Shown: piece after piece, positions 29,901 through 39,230 of the stretch
Layout: the number at the start of each line of letters is the position of its first letter
Position numbering within the stretch: position 1 is the first letter of the stretch
Origin: a virus
Taxonomy: Duplodnaviria; Heunggongvirae; Uroviricota; Caudoviricetes
IMG/VR virus record: IMGVR_UViG_3300032030_000013
DNA: 64,000 nucleotides
Reading direction: 5' to 3' (one strand)
The notes under the pieces: model-generated
What the model was told of the DNA's origin: nothing
What the model saw: only the letters and a program-made list of their open reading frames with translations
Database searches by the model: none
Translations under genes and position numbers: made by a program

Positions 29901-30029
29901 TCCTTTTTCTGAGTAACCAACAACTAATCTAAGAAGCTGTGTATCTTCATTCATTATTGTAGAATGGTCAAATACAACACGGTAAATACCTGCAGCTTTA
30001 AATTGTTGCAAATGTACTGGAATTGCCAT
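26973..30029 (-). CDS. contractile tail sheath protein (T4 gp18-like), 1018 aa
   Basis: C-terminus DESNNTPEIIDNEMAVISTHIEP parallels T4 gp18 DTTNNTPSVIDRNEFVATFYIQP. Lies between the MCP and the tube. Less AT-rich codon usage. Confidence 0.75.
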   Translation of the reverse strand: MAIPVHLQQFKAAGIYRVVFDHSTIMNEDTQLLRLVVGYSEKGPFNVPVFVRNPQEFKLLFGDISKKLEKRGIYFHRLALQMLKVSPILCLNLKKFDNETVGAATISTDFNPKFNPIDEVKLNIEDIYDTTRFWTLDAEHLNNLRSVEGALLDQYINISATNIKANSATYFIRKASGSKVAGYNITVNDWYSDEDMPEFMEPYKNNLISDFFAEIYVFKGKFEAKQILASDTLKDYFIITNELDDNGNQVLKLRDKVINPFGDSVDTLDALYRDETSNALGHYIGSLIPYFKNKQGAYACLNVVFNSDIDTHNLMMSFNTDLLEEELAANIDLSGRMFIPTIENPNKLNSSLNIDKIYAGTATTSVLGNINSPVIADLIKFHTDVYDPETKTPAQDIFVGNTRVAGTLYVKTITSNQIKLSQVGTEQEVTMTFFNDGESNKTVEAAKKLGVIYDEEGNPVDGLGTYWKNGNAFIEESNPLAGPEKVITALSRLENKGADGQIYTDIDENMKPSFKTVQIKTNLTYLNTNTVGADSVYGSSVSFIDFCDDNWEWRTDVEITPGLPQAALIGTAKYDSSLINVLQKGDCILAKDNTVDYNDNGENDDNDGFEDNVYVQETGTKLDENGNFLYYYVLLSAEPFLYEILDSETGSITNQSLVRIDAALNQEIGTMKPQYLEGYTYKNDRPLGTDMYAKVKWQEFILSAITDYKGLRTGLLNKAEIDYRYVIDTFESFPVSNLKNTLSYLCKEKQSAFAIGNFPSVQSFVKCPYTSFTDSKGVFNVEYVVKGYNKKKAAAIMFSLPTELDGASFIAFYTPLKFTDGYIDTIVPSAGLVSNLFIEKYMSRQPYYIVAGPNYGNISAAGLVGPDYKYSQDELQIIEPFGVNVMVYRPNFGTFINANQTAKQTPVSALSKVNVRELCIYLQDEIEKVLQRYQWEFNNQRTRDAILDKVNQICAVTAANGGIQAYRNIMDESNNTPEIIDNEMAVISTHIEPGMGCGKMVQELHLYRTGQMTANIID

Positions 30030-30187
30030 ATTTATATATCTTTGTATATTTATTATTTTTTTAATTGTAAATCTTTATAATCTAATGACTTAAAGTCATA
30101 ATAGATAAAAATACAATTTAAATAAAAATAAAAATTTTACAAACTAATTGTTTAAAAGTAAAGCTTGTAATTATTATTAATATCTTA

Positions 30188-30222
30188 ATCAAAATAAAAA
30201 AGGGTAACCTCTAAGGTTACCC
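30188..30222 (-). terminator. strong rho-independent terminator (GGGTAACCT-cta-AGGTTACCC plus T6ATTTTG on minus strand)
   Basis: 9-bp GC-containing perfect stem 3' of the MCP gene. Confidence 0.65.
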
Positions 30223-30281
30223 TTGATACTTTCACAAGTATCGATTTAATATATAGAGGCGAGTTATTGCTCGTATATATT

Positions 30282-32066
30282 TTAGATGATATCGAACTCT
30301 GAATCAACAACCATTGTGAAATATGCGAGTTCTGGGAAGAAGCCAGCTTCAGCGATTGCATAACGGCTGTTAACCAACATCTTAGGAGCCATAGTTCCTT
30401 CAGCAGTAATACTAATAGTATCTGCAAGAATATAAGGCATAAAGATTACACCAGGTTCGTTACCAGTACCCTTACGACCGATACAGATACGAGTATCATT
30501 CCAATCCATGTAAGGATCTACATAAACTTGGAGACCAGCAACAGTACCTGCGTGGTATAAGTTCTGAGTATTAGCTTGAGACATTGTGTTCAAGAATGGA
30601 GCTACAACGTAACCAGATACATCTTGTAATGCAGAAGCAATCTTACCGTTAGTAACGATCCATGTTGGACGGCCACGACGACCTACCAATTGGATTAAGT
30701 TAGCAGCAGCTAAGATACGGCTCATGATACGACGTTGACGTGTAGAAAGATTTTCAGCAGAAGTATTAACTTCTGAGTTCTTAATACCTGTCCAAGTTGG
30801 TTTGTGATCATATCCGTAGATATCTGTGAAGTGAGGTACACCAGCATAAGCTTGAGCCATAGAAATTGTAGAACCAGTCTTACCCATCCACAAGTTCAAA
30901 TCAACACCCTGACGAGCCTTTTGTTGAGCAGCATTAGTAACACCAAGTGCGAATACTCTTTCAAGGATACGTTGGTTGATATGTTGAGTGATTTCGTTTT
31001 GAAGAGCTTCCATAACTTTACCTACAGCATCTACGCCATATAATGGAAGATCTTGTAACTGTTGACGAGTAACAGTACCAGTTACTTCATAAGCACCCAT
31101 TTGGATCCACTTGCTGAATAAACGAAGACCGATTACATTACCTGTACCAGTTTCATTCTGAGCACGTGTCATTGAATTCTTAGAACCATCGAAGAAGTTT
31201 GCGAAACCATCTACTAAATCAACAGAAGTCTGTACGAAGTCAGCTTCAACCTTTTGAGCAGGAACACCTGTAGAAGCATTAGCAGCAGTAAGAGTGATAG
31301 TAACACTACCGATTACTACAGAAGTAGCAGCGTCGAATTCTTCACGGATTGAGTGATTAGCATCTGAACACTTAACAACTTTTACAAGTGGGCAAGCATC
31401 CATACGACCTAATGAAATGAACTTACCTTCAAATCCACCTACAGTTACAGTATCATCAGCTTTAACTGTTGGAGTTGCAGCTTCCATACCTTGACGGATT
31501 GTTTGGATCTGAGCAAGTGTAAGACCCTTGATCTTAACATAGATTGGTTTGTTTTCATTAAGATCACCCTTACCATCGAATGAAGTTTCGTTTACACGAC
31601 CTAACTTACCACCAGCATATGGGAAGTCCATGTAAGTTAACATAGCCCAAGGACCCTTAGCAGGGATAACTGGAACTAATTCAAGACCAATAGTTAACAA
31701 TGCAACGTTAAGAGCCATTGGTAATGTTGATACAGGAATATCACCTGAACCTGGAGTTTGACCCCAGAATGAACCTGTTGGATTAGCTTGGTTATATGGA
31801 GCTGTGCTCATTGGATCTAATTGACTTGGAGCAGCAATATTACCCATACCTGTAGTGTTCATTGGAGTAGTATAGATAGGACCAACACCTGGATAAGTTG
31901 TAGCGTTAGTAACTACTTGACCACCATTAATTCCAAGTTGAGATTCGTGAATTTCATGAATAGCTGCGTACTGAGACACCCAGTTAAGTTTTTCCTGGTC
32001 TGTAACATTGAAGTTTTCTTTCAACATCTTCTCCCATGTCTGTACACCATTTTGTTCATTAAACAT
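30282..32066 (-). CDS. major capsid protein (T4 gp23 family)
   Basis: C-terminal PTWIVTNGKIASALQDVSGYVVAPF...LQVYVDPYMD...GRKGTGNEPGVIFMPYILAD parallels T4 gp23 GNFIIASRNVVNVLASVDTGISYAAQG...YRVYIDQYAK...GYKGPNEMDAGIYYAPYVAL (recall-based). Higher GC. Follows the protease-scaffold gene. Confidence 0.8.
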   Translation of the reverse strand: MFNEQNGVQTWEKMLKENFNVTDQEKLNWVSQYAAIHEIHESQLGINGGQVVTNATTYPGVGPIYTTPMNTTGMGNIAAPSQLDPMSTAPYNQANPTGSFWGQTPGSGDIPVSTLPMALNVALLTIGLELVPVIPAKGPWAMLTYMDFPYAGGKLGRVNETSFDGKGDLNENKPIYVKIKGLTLAQIQTIRQGMEAATPTVKADDTVTVGGFEGKFISLGRMDACPLVKVVKCSDANHSIREEFDAATSVVIGSVTITLTAANASTGVPAQKVEADFVQTSVDLVDGFANFFDGSKNSMTRAQNETGTGNVIGLRLFSKWIQMGAYEVTGTVTRQQLQDLPLYGVDAVGKVMEALQNEITQHINQRILERVFALGVTNAAQQKARQGVDLNLWMGKTGSTISMAQAYAGVPHFTDIYGYDHKPTWTGIKNSEVNTSAENLSTRQRRIMSRILAAANLIQLVGRRGRPTWIVTNGKIASALQDVSGYVVAPFLNTMSQANTQNLYHAGTVAGLQVYVDPYMDWNDTRICIGRKGTGNEPGVIFMPYILADTISITAEGTMAPKMLVNSRYAIAEAGFFPELAYFTMVVDSEFDII

Positions 32067-32183
32067 ATTATTTAAGTTGAAATTTATTTGTTATTCTCTT
32101 TTGAGATAAATTAATTTTATATAAAAATAAATATTTTCTTTCCTAATAGAAAATATATGCAATTTCCTTATTAGTTATTAAAT

Positions 32184-33911
32184 TTAGCAATTTCTACGAA
32201 GAGCTTTCATCTTTGCAACAATTGAATTCTGATAAGCTTCCATAGGATTTTCCTTAGCTTCATTTACATAAACAGGATTTTGTTGATTGAAATCAACGTT
32301 AGCCCAGAACTTCTCAATTTGACCTTCCTTCATGAAGTCATACATACGAGAACTTCTAATAATTTCTTGTTGACGAGCTTCTGTAAGAAGTTCCCAAGAA
32401 GGACGATATTCAGCAGGCATGTTTTCTACAACATAAACTCCTTTATATTTATTGTTCTTTCCTTCTTCTTCAACAATTTTGTTAACTGATGCATTATCGT
32501 CATTTGCAATTGATTCAAGTAAACTATCAATTTCTTCTAAACGACCAGCCTTTTGAGATTCCATAAATGCAGAAACATTCTCATTTACTTTATTTTCAAT
32601 AGTTTGTGATTGTTCAGGAGCAAATTCTTCAGTAATCCATCCTTCTACTACTGGAGCAAATTCTTCAGTAATCCATCCTTGAATTTCAGGTGAGAATTCC
32701 TCTACGATCCAATTTTGTACTTCAGGTGAGAATTCTTCAACTACCCAGTTCTGAACTTCTGGAGCAAATTCTTCAACTACCCAGTTCTGAACTTCTGGAG
32801 CAAATTCTTCAACTATCCATTGTTGTACCATTGGAGCGAATTCTTCATTAACCCACTTTTGAACTTCAGGATTATATTCTTCATTAATCCAATTTTCTAC
32901 GCCTGTAGCAATAGTTTCCATTGATTCATTAACTTTAGTATCAATCTTTTCATCAATATCTTCGTTAATTTCATTAGATACTTCTTGCTTGAATTCTGGA
33001 GCAAATTCTTCCTTTACCCATTGTTCAATAGCTTCGTAATTAACTGGCTTAACTGATTCTCTAGTCTCTTCTAAACTTTCTTTTGCAACATGCAATTCAG
33101 CTTGGAGAGATTCTACTTTTTTAGCAAGCTCTTCAACAGCTTCTCTAAGTTTTTCCATATCGGTATTATCATTGCCATTATTTTTGTTATCTTCTTTATC
33201 ATTATCCTTATCTTTAGAGTCATCTTTATCCTTGTCATCTTCCTTAGGTTTATCCTTTGGTTTATCATCTTCCTTAGGTTCTTCTTTAGGTTCTTTATCT
33301 TTATCCTTATCATCATCATCAGATAAAAGATCATCAGAACCTTCAACGATTACCCAAGTTTCATTGTTACCTTCTTCTAAACCTTCATTAAGACATTCAA
33401 GTTTTTGATTCTCTTTAAGAGTAAGTTTGGCTTGACTAAAACCTGGAGTACCGACCAAATCGTAAGTCTTAATAGTAGATAACGTTACACGACCTTCATT
33501 AGTGATAGTACCTGCACCTCTTGAAGATATATACAATGGAAGACCGCCTTCTACAATTGCTTGAGCAATTTTTCCACTTGGAGTATTCAAAAGCAAGATA
33601 TCACCAGTGATGGTTCCATCTTCATTCATTTGAATAGATTCAATCTTGTGAGATACATTTTGTAAATTAATATTCATTGAGTTTGGGTGTTCCAATTCAC
33701 CAGGACAACCTGATTCTTTGATAACTTTTTGTAAAGACTCAACCATCTGCTTATAATTTTCTTTATCATAAACACGATTATTTTGATTCTTTATACCACA
33801 AACACCAAATACACCATGAAGACGCATACCGTTGCTACCTTTACTTTCAACGATTTCAAGATCTGAAACTTTACCAAGAGTCTCATAAATCAAGCAACGT
33901 TTATCTGTCAT
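32184..33911 (-). CDS. prohead protease - scaffold fusion protein
   Basis: N-terminal about 190 aa (LHGVFGVCGIKNQNNRVY ... LEHPNS ... ISSRGAG) resembles phage prohead serine protease domains. Then a D/K-rich low-complexity linker, then a coiled-coil and acidic repeat region. Immediately upstream of the MCP. Confidence 0.55.
   Translation of the reverse strand: MTDKRCLIYETLGKVSDLEIVESKGSNGMRLHGVFGVCGIKNQNNRVYDKENYKQMVESLQKVIKESGCPGELEHPNSMNINLQNVSHKIESIQMNEDGTITGDILLLNTPSGKIAQAIVEGGLPLYISSRGAGTITNEGRVTLSTIKTYDLVGTPGFSQAKLTLKENQKLECLNEGLEEGNNETWVIVEGSDDLLSDDDDKDKDKEPKEEPKEDDKPKDKPKEDDKDKDDSKDKDNDKEDNKNNGNDNTDMEKLREAVEELAKKVESLQAELHVAKESLEETRESVKPVNYEAIEQWVKEEFAPEFKQEVSNEINEDIDEKIDTKVNESMETIATGVENWINEEYNPEVQKWVNEEFAPMVQQWIVEEFAPEVQNWVVEEFAPEVQNWVVEEFSPEVQNWIVEEFSPEIQGWITEEFAPVVEGWITEEFAPEQSQTIENKVNENVSAFMESQKAGRLEEIDSLLESIANDDNASVNKIVEEEGKNNKYKGVYVVENMPAEYRPSWELLTEARQQEIIRSSRMYDFMKEGQIEKFWANVDFNQQNPVYVNEAKENPMEAYQNSIVAKMKALRRNC
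32625..32895 (-). repeat. in-frame tandem 36-nt repeats (about 7 copies) inside the scaffold gene, encoding W(I/V)(V/T)EEFAPEVQN
   Basis: Two copies are nucleotide-identical (32741-32776 and 32777-32812). Flanking copies are diverged. Confidence 0.75.
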
Positions 33912-34029
33912 ATTATTGGTTTACAATATTTTTGTTATAATATTTCAAATACAATTAAAAATAATATACTTTTTTTTAAATTAATATTAAAAAATACATA
34001 TTTTAATAAAAATAAATATTTTTTAAGAT

Positions 34030-34064
34030 CAAAATAAAAAGGAATTACTTTCATAATTCCTTTT
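34030..34064 (-). terminator. rho-independent terminator (GGAATTA...TAATTCC plus T-run on minus strand)
   Basis: 3' of the fibre gene 34077..35120. Confidence 0.55.
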
Positions 34065-34076
34065 ACATATATTCTT

Positions 34077-35120
34077 TTATTTAATTGTACCCATATCTTT
34101 ATATGTTTGTGGTAATTCTGATAATCCATATATTCCAGAAAGTCTAGGAAAGTTACTCCAAGCAGTTTGATATTCGGATATTAATTCATCTGGTACATAT
34201 ATTGTAGTATCAGCATCATGAAATCCATCAGTCCTTAATAATGTTGGCGGAGTTATAGCTTTACATGCCAAAACTATTTGTCCAGTACCACCAGATCTTT
34301 CATTCATATTTCGTCCCCAATGTTGTGCATCTATTTCTGTAACTGTTGTAGGTAATTCAATATATACACATTTTGTCGCACCAACAATAGCACCCATACA
34401 TGTAATACCTTCTGGAGCTATTATTTTTTCAACACCACTATTATTAAACATGTGTTCACTAATTTCATCACATCCTGGAGGCAATATTCCATCATACCAT
34501 TTTATTGATGAGCATTTATTATATAATCCAAAATATTTTCTATATTTATCTCCTCCAGTTATTGTACAATTATTCCAATTAACTTTTGTTAATGATGAGC
34601 AGTTATAAAATGGGCTATGATCATAATATCCTCTAGCCCAAGATGCAACAATTGGTGGCATAGTTACTTCTTTTAATGATGTGCAATTTTTAAATAAATC
34701 AGTAAGACCACTATTACTTGTAAAATATTTAAATTCATTAAAATATATTATTGAAGTTCCACTAATTTTTGTATTTGATGCAATTAAATTAATATTAGCT
34801 GCTTGTTCTGCAGTAATTCCTTCTTCAGTCCAATTAATTGCATTAAATAATATTTGTTTAGAATTTTCATCTTCAAATAATATATAATATCCATCTGCAT
34901 TTATATGTAACTGGTTGAATCTGTTTTTGATAATATTTATATATTCTTCATAAGTATATTCAGTATTGATTGTTCCAATTATATTAGTATTATTATCAAA
35001 TATTGTTTCACCATTATTTTCCCTGTTAACTAATTTATATAACTTGTTTATCAATGAAGGTGGAACATTATATTCAATTATACTTTCTTGTTGATTTACG
35101 TTTATATGTAAAGTTGACAT
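34077..35120 (-). CDS. tail fibre / receptor-binding protein paralog 3 with BspA-type leucine-rich repeats
   Basis: Shares the N-terminal module (M..HI.VNQ..NVP..LI.KLY.L ... YTYEEY ... GYYILFED) with 35245..37044 and 37073..39226. The C-terminal part is LRR_5-like. Confidence 0.6.
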   Translation of the reverse strand: MSTLHINVNQQESIIEYNVPPSLINKLYKLVNRENNGETIFDNNTNIIGTINTEYTYEEYINIIKNRFNQLHINADGYYILFEDENSKQILFNAINWTEEGITAEQAANINLIASNTKISGTSIIYFNEFKYFTSNSGLTDLFKNCTSLKEVTMPPIVASWARGYYDHSPFYNCSSLTKVNWNNCTITGGDKYRKYFGLYNKCSSIKWYDGILPPGCDEISEHMFNNSGVEKIIAPEGITCMGAIVGATKCVYIELPTTVTEIDAQHWGRNMNERSGGTGQIVLACKAITPPTLLRTDGFHDADTTIYVPDELISEYQTAWSNFPRLSGIYGLSELPQTYKDMGTIK

Positions 35121-35145
35121 ATTATATGTTCATATATTTATATTG

Positions 35146-35220
35146 ACCATGTTGGAGTTGAATCCCAGTTAATTGTTTCATTTGGACCTAATCCCATATA
35201 TTCTTCTATTAAATATTATT
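35146..35220 (-). pseudogene. orphan remnant of a fibre C-terminal module (encodes ..LIEEYMGLGPNETINWDSTPTWSI*) with no start codon
   Basis: Nucleotide and protein similarity to the 3' end of 37073..39226 (..LIEEYMGLLPGESINWDSTPTWGV*). Lies just downstream of the stop of 35245..37044, whose product ends LIEEYMNEK*. Confidence 0.5.
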
Positions 35221-35244
35221 TAATTTTATTTTTTAGTTTTATGT

Positions 35245-37044
35245 TTATTTTTCATTCATATATTCTTCTATTAGTCCAGCCATACCACCCATGCCTTGTT
35301 CAATAGTAATTCGTGGACATATACTTAAAGGTTTAATTTTATCTATAACACTTGAGAAATATGAAGTAGCTTTATATGTTTCTACTGCAGAATCTGGTAC
35401 ATAAATACCATCATTAATGATAGTAGTTCTAAACATATCTTCATTAAATAAGCATATTCCATTATCACCATCTCCAGTATCTACCCAATCACTCATTATT
35501 TCAAGTTGAGGAGGTGTTGCATTATTAAATATAAGTATATCTACAGTAAATCCTGCAAATGTACTAGCCTGTACTTTATTTAATTTTTTAAAATATAATG
35601 TTTTAATAGTTGAATGGTCATGATGTTGATTATGAACATTATTTGAAAATAATGTTATATATGGCATATATATCCTTTCACCAAAATATGATACTCTATT
35701 TCCTCTTGAATTATTAGATGCATATGAATCATGAATTTCAGTAATTTTTGGTAAATAAAAACTATAATTACCTATCATACCTATAAATGGAGCAGTAGAT
35801 CCATCATAATTAGATCCTCTTCCATGATTATATACACCACCAAATTTTATACAACGTGGTAAATAAAATACTTTATGTGTAAAATTAGTTTTATAAAAAG
35901 CATTTCCATCAATTATAGTAAGATTTTCTTGAAAATCACTAAAATTAACTGTAGTTAAATTTGTACAATTATAAAATATATGATATGATAAATTTGATAA
36001 ATTTACTGGTAATTCTACTTCTCTTAAATTAACGCAACTTTCAAACATACCATTACCATTATATGAAAAATCACCATCTATTTCAATAAATGTTCCAATT
36101 AATTTTGCTGTAATTAATTGTGTACATCCATAAAATGTTTTATTTCCACATAGTGTGTTTAAATTTTCTAAATTAACATATTTTATATTTGTTTGTTTAG
36201 TAAAAGTAGTATCTGCTACATATGTACAATTTGGTAAATCTAATAGTTCAATGTCTAATAATGTTACATAATTACCCGCGCCAAAAACGCCTGAATCACG
36301 ATTTCCAATAAATGTAGATATATTTTGTAAATCTTCATTTGTTAGAACTAATCCTGTTTGTCTTAAAGAGTCTTTATATAAACATGTAATATTTGATAAA
36401 TCTATTGAAGTTAATGAAGTACAACCAGAAAATGCAGATTCTCCAATATAACTGCATTTTGATAAACTACCTATTGAAGTTAATGATGTACAACCTTTAA
36501 ATGCATTATAAGGTACTGGAGCTGTTAAATTACTTAAGTCTATTGATTTTAAATTTGAATCTCTAAAACAAAAACTTCTATTATTACCAGGATTATTAGA
36601 TTGTGTATTTCTACTATTTAAATCAGAAAAATATTTAAATTCATTAAAATATTCTATTTCAGTTGATTTAAACATATCCCATGGATTAAACATAATATTT
36701 CTAGCTACATCTGTAGATATACCTGTACCATCACCGAATCCTTTGTCTAATAAAGTATTTAAAACAAAATCATCTTGAAATAAAATATAATATCCTTCAG
36801 CTTCTATAGTTAAAGTACCATCAAAATATTGATTTATTTTATCTACATATTCTTCATATGTATATCCTTTTGTTTTAAATGATCCTACTAATGCCGTATC
36901 TATTTTGCCTTCATCCATAGCATCCCATACTTCGTTTCCAGCTTCAGTACTTTTAATTAATCTATAAAGTTTGGTAATTAATTCAGAAGGAACATTAGTT
37001 TCTTGAACATTTATTTGATTAACTTTAATATGTTTTTTAGACAT
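35245..37044 (-). CDS. tail fibre / receptor-binding protein paralog 2 with BspA-type leucine-rich repeats
   Basis: Conserved N-terminal module. Central repeats of the type F.GCTSLTSI.L..I..I...AF. 599 aa. Confidence 0.6.
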   Translation of the reverse strand: MSKKHIKVNQINVQETNVPSELITKLYRLIKSTEAGNEVWDAMDEGKIDTALVGSFKTKGYTYEEYVDKINQYFDGTLTIEAEGYYILFQDDFVLNTLLDKGFGDGTGISTDVARNIMFNPWDMFKSTEIEYFNEFKYFSDLNSRNTQSNNPGNNRSFCFRDSNLKSIDLSNLTAPVPYNAFKGCTSLTSIGSLSKCSYIGESAFSGCTSLTSIDLSNITCLYKDSLRQTGLVLTNEDLQNISTFIGNRDSGVFGAGNYVTLLDIELLDLPNCTYVADTTFTKQTNIKYVNLENLNTLCGNKTFYGCTQLITAKLIGTFIEIDGDFSYNGNGMFESCVNLREVELPVNLSNLSYHIFYNCTNLTTVNFSDFQENLTIIDGNAFYKTNFTHKVFYLPRCIKFGGVYNHGRGSNYDGSTAPFIGMIGNYSFYLPKITEIHDSYASNNSRGNRVSYFGERIYMPYITLFSNNVHNQHHDHSTIKTLYFKKLNKVQASTFAGFTVDILIFNNATPPQLEIMSDWVDTGDGDNGICLFNEDMFRTTIINDGIYVPDSAVETYKATSYFSSVIDKIKPLSICPRITIEQGMGGMAGLIEEYMNEK

Positions 37045-37072
37045 TCGTTATTTACTTTATAATTTTATTATA

Positions 37073-39226
37073 TTATACTCCCCAAGTTGGAGTTGAATCC
37101 CAGTTAATTGACTCTCCTGGTAATAATCCCATGTATTCTTCTATTAGATATTCATTTTTACTATGTACTCCATCTGGCATATCTGGAGCAGCATCATATT
37201 CTGCTTTTGTTGCAAAATGCCCCATGCTTTCTAAAGCTATTATTCTATTTTCAGTAGCATCATTTGTAAACTTGGTAATATCAGTAAATTTTTGTCTATA
37301 CTCACTGTCTAAATTTGGTGAACTTAAATCAGGATTGATTGCATCCCAGTTTAAATATGTATTAATTGCAGATCTAGGTACAACCAAATAATGGAAAGTT
37401 TCATTAGATCCGCTCTCAGCTTTCATATATAATGATATACTACTAAATATACTGCCTCCATATTGATATGTTGATTGCCAATATTCTGGTGGTGTTGTAT
37501 TATTTATGACCAAATATTTTATATTTGCCCAAAGTACATTAGCTGCCCACTTGTCGATACGTTGCCCACGTTCTCCAAATGGTACCGCGCCTTTATATTC
37601 CTGTACCCAATTATTGTTTTCTCTACGTCTTCCTAGACCTTCATAGTTTGTATTATAATATAAGGTTCCATCCCATTCCGTTGCATATATGTCGGCGTAT
37701 GACTTACCACCAAATAGCCATCCATTTATTTTACGAATATTTTTTAGATAATAGATATCCATTGTTGATCCACACATTACTGTTCTATTTAATCTACCAA
37801 CACCTGGAGTATCATATCCACTAATACTGTTTGTATGTGTTATGTTAGGAAGATACATTGATCTAACATTTGAATCTTTAAATGGTCTATAACTACAAAC
37901 ATTAGCTTTTATGTATATAATTGATGGTAATGTTAATATACCTGTCATACAATCAGTATCAAAATATGTTATTCTATTTATGATATCATTGACACCTGTT
38001 AGATTGACACATCCCATAAACGCACTTTGACCTAATTTATTTGCACTTAATGGAATTGATACTGATGTTAGTGTTGTGCAATTTGTAAATCCAGTTACTG
38101 TTGTTACATTACCTAAGTTCGATACTGTTTTTATTTTACATCCTCTAAATGCATCTTCACTAATTTCTGTTAATTGTGGTAGACTTAAGTCATCTATTAC
38201 CAAATTTGTACAATATGCAAATGCCCCTTTATATATTTTTGTTATATTTTCTAATGCTTCTGGAGATATTGATGTTAATTTATCACAGTATTCAAATGTG
38301 TATTCACATATCGTACAGTTTCCCAATTCAGATATTTTCTTTATTTGTGTATTGCGAAATGCTTCATTTCCTATAGTTGTTATATTAGGCAATTTTAAGT
38401 CATTTATTATCAAGTTTTCACAGTATTGAAATGAATAATGTCCAATACGTGTAATTTGTTCTAATATGCCGTCTTCAATATATTCAAGTGAAATACAGTG
38501 TAAAAATATTCTATCTTGTATGACTGTACAGTTTCCTAAGTCATATATCTTTTTTACTTTAGGACCTCTCCATACATTATTTGTCTTTTCCCATTGAAAG
38601 ATTCCTCCAGAGAAACCGTTTGATTTAAGGTTAGGCAAACGTAAAGATCCTTTTTCTGAATTCTGTCCATTAAAGAATTCTAAATTAGAACAATATGCAA
38701 ATGCATTAATTCCAAATGTTTCAATATTTGTTAAATCTATGCTTGTTAATGATTGTGAACTAGCAAATTCACTTGTTGCTAATGCTTTCACATTTGTTAG
38801 TTTTGATAGCTCATCAAATGTTTGTATTTCATTATTGCCTTTAAATATTCGTCTAAATCCATAATAATCAGAATTACCTGAATTATTTACTTCTAAACCT
38901 GTAATAACTCCTTCATAATGTTTTTCTGGATATATTACATTAACTAATTGGTTTAATATTATTGATTCTACAACAGGATCTTCAAAATATACATAATATC
39001 CTTCAGATATAATATTAAGATTATTGAAGAATGAATGTAATGCTTCTACATATTTATCATATGTATATCCTGTCTTAAATGTTCCTTGTATAGAGTCTTC
39101 ATTACAGTCCCATGAATCCAATCCTTTTAATTGATTACTATATAATGTATATAGTTTTGTTATAAGTTGAGCAGGTACGTTATTTTCCTGCCCAACTGTT
39201 TGAGTTAATTTAATATGTTTTCCCAT
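37073..39226 (-). CDS. tail fibre / receptor-binding protein paralog 1 with BspA-type leucine-rich repeats
   Basis: Conserved N-terminal module. Multiple AF.YC.NL..I.LP.I..I...AF repeats. 717 aa. Confidence 0.6.
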   Translation of the reverse strand: MGKHIKLTQTVGQENNVPAQLITKLYTLYSNQLKGLDSWDCNEDSIQGTFKTGYTYDKYVEALHSFFNNLNIISEGYYVYFEDPVVESIILNQLVNVIYPEKHYEGVITGLEVNNSGNSDYYGFRRIFKGNNEIQTFDELSKLTNVKALATSEFASSQSLTSIDLTNIETFGINAFAYCSNLEFFNGQNSEKGSLRLPNLKSNGFSGGIFQWEKTNNVWRGPKVKKIYDLGNCTVIQDRIFLHCISLEYIEDGILEQITRIGHYSFQYCENLIINDLKLPNITTIGNEAFRNTQIKKISELGNCTICEYTFEYCDKLTSISPEALENITKIYKGAFAYCTNLVIDDLSLPQLTEISEDAFRGCKIKTVSNLGNVTTVTGFTNCTTLTSVSIPLSANKLGQSAFMGCVNLTGVNDIINRITYFDTDCMTGILTLPSIIYIKANVCSYRPFKDSNVRSMYLPNITHTNSISGYDTPGVGRLNRTVMCGSTMDIYYLKNIRKINGWLFGGKSYADIYATEWDGTLYYNTNYEGLGRRRENNNWVQEYKGAVPFGERGQRIDKWAANVLWANIKYLVINNTTPPEYWQSTYQYGGSIFSSISLYMKAESGSNETFHYLVVPRSAINTYLNWDAINPDLSSPNLDSEYRQKFTDITKFTNDATENRIIALESMGHFATKAEYDAAPDMPDGVHSKNEYLIEEYMGLLPGESINWDSTPTWGV

Positions 39227-39230
39227 TATA

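Noticed and set aside
30251-30279. Possible second hairpin (TATAGAGGCGAG..CTCGTATATA) just after the MCP stop
   Set aside because: The arms are not truly complementary (only a 4-bp CGAG/CTCG core). The convincing terminator is the GGGTAACC stem at 30202-30222.
33090-33408. Three overlapping 77-78-aa ORFs (both strands) in the 33.1-33.4 kb region
   Set aside because: They fall inside the D/K-rich low-complexity linker of the protease-scaffold gene. Repetitive A/T-rich codons generate open frames in every phase.
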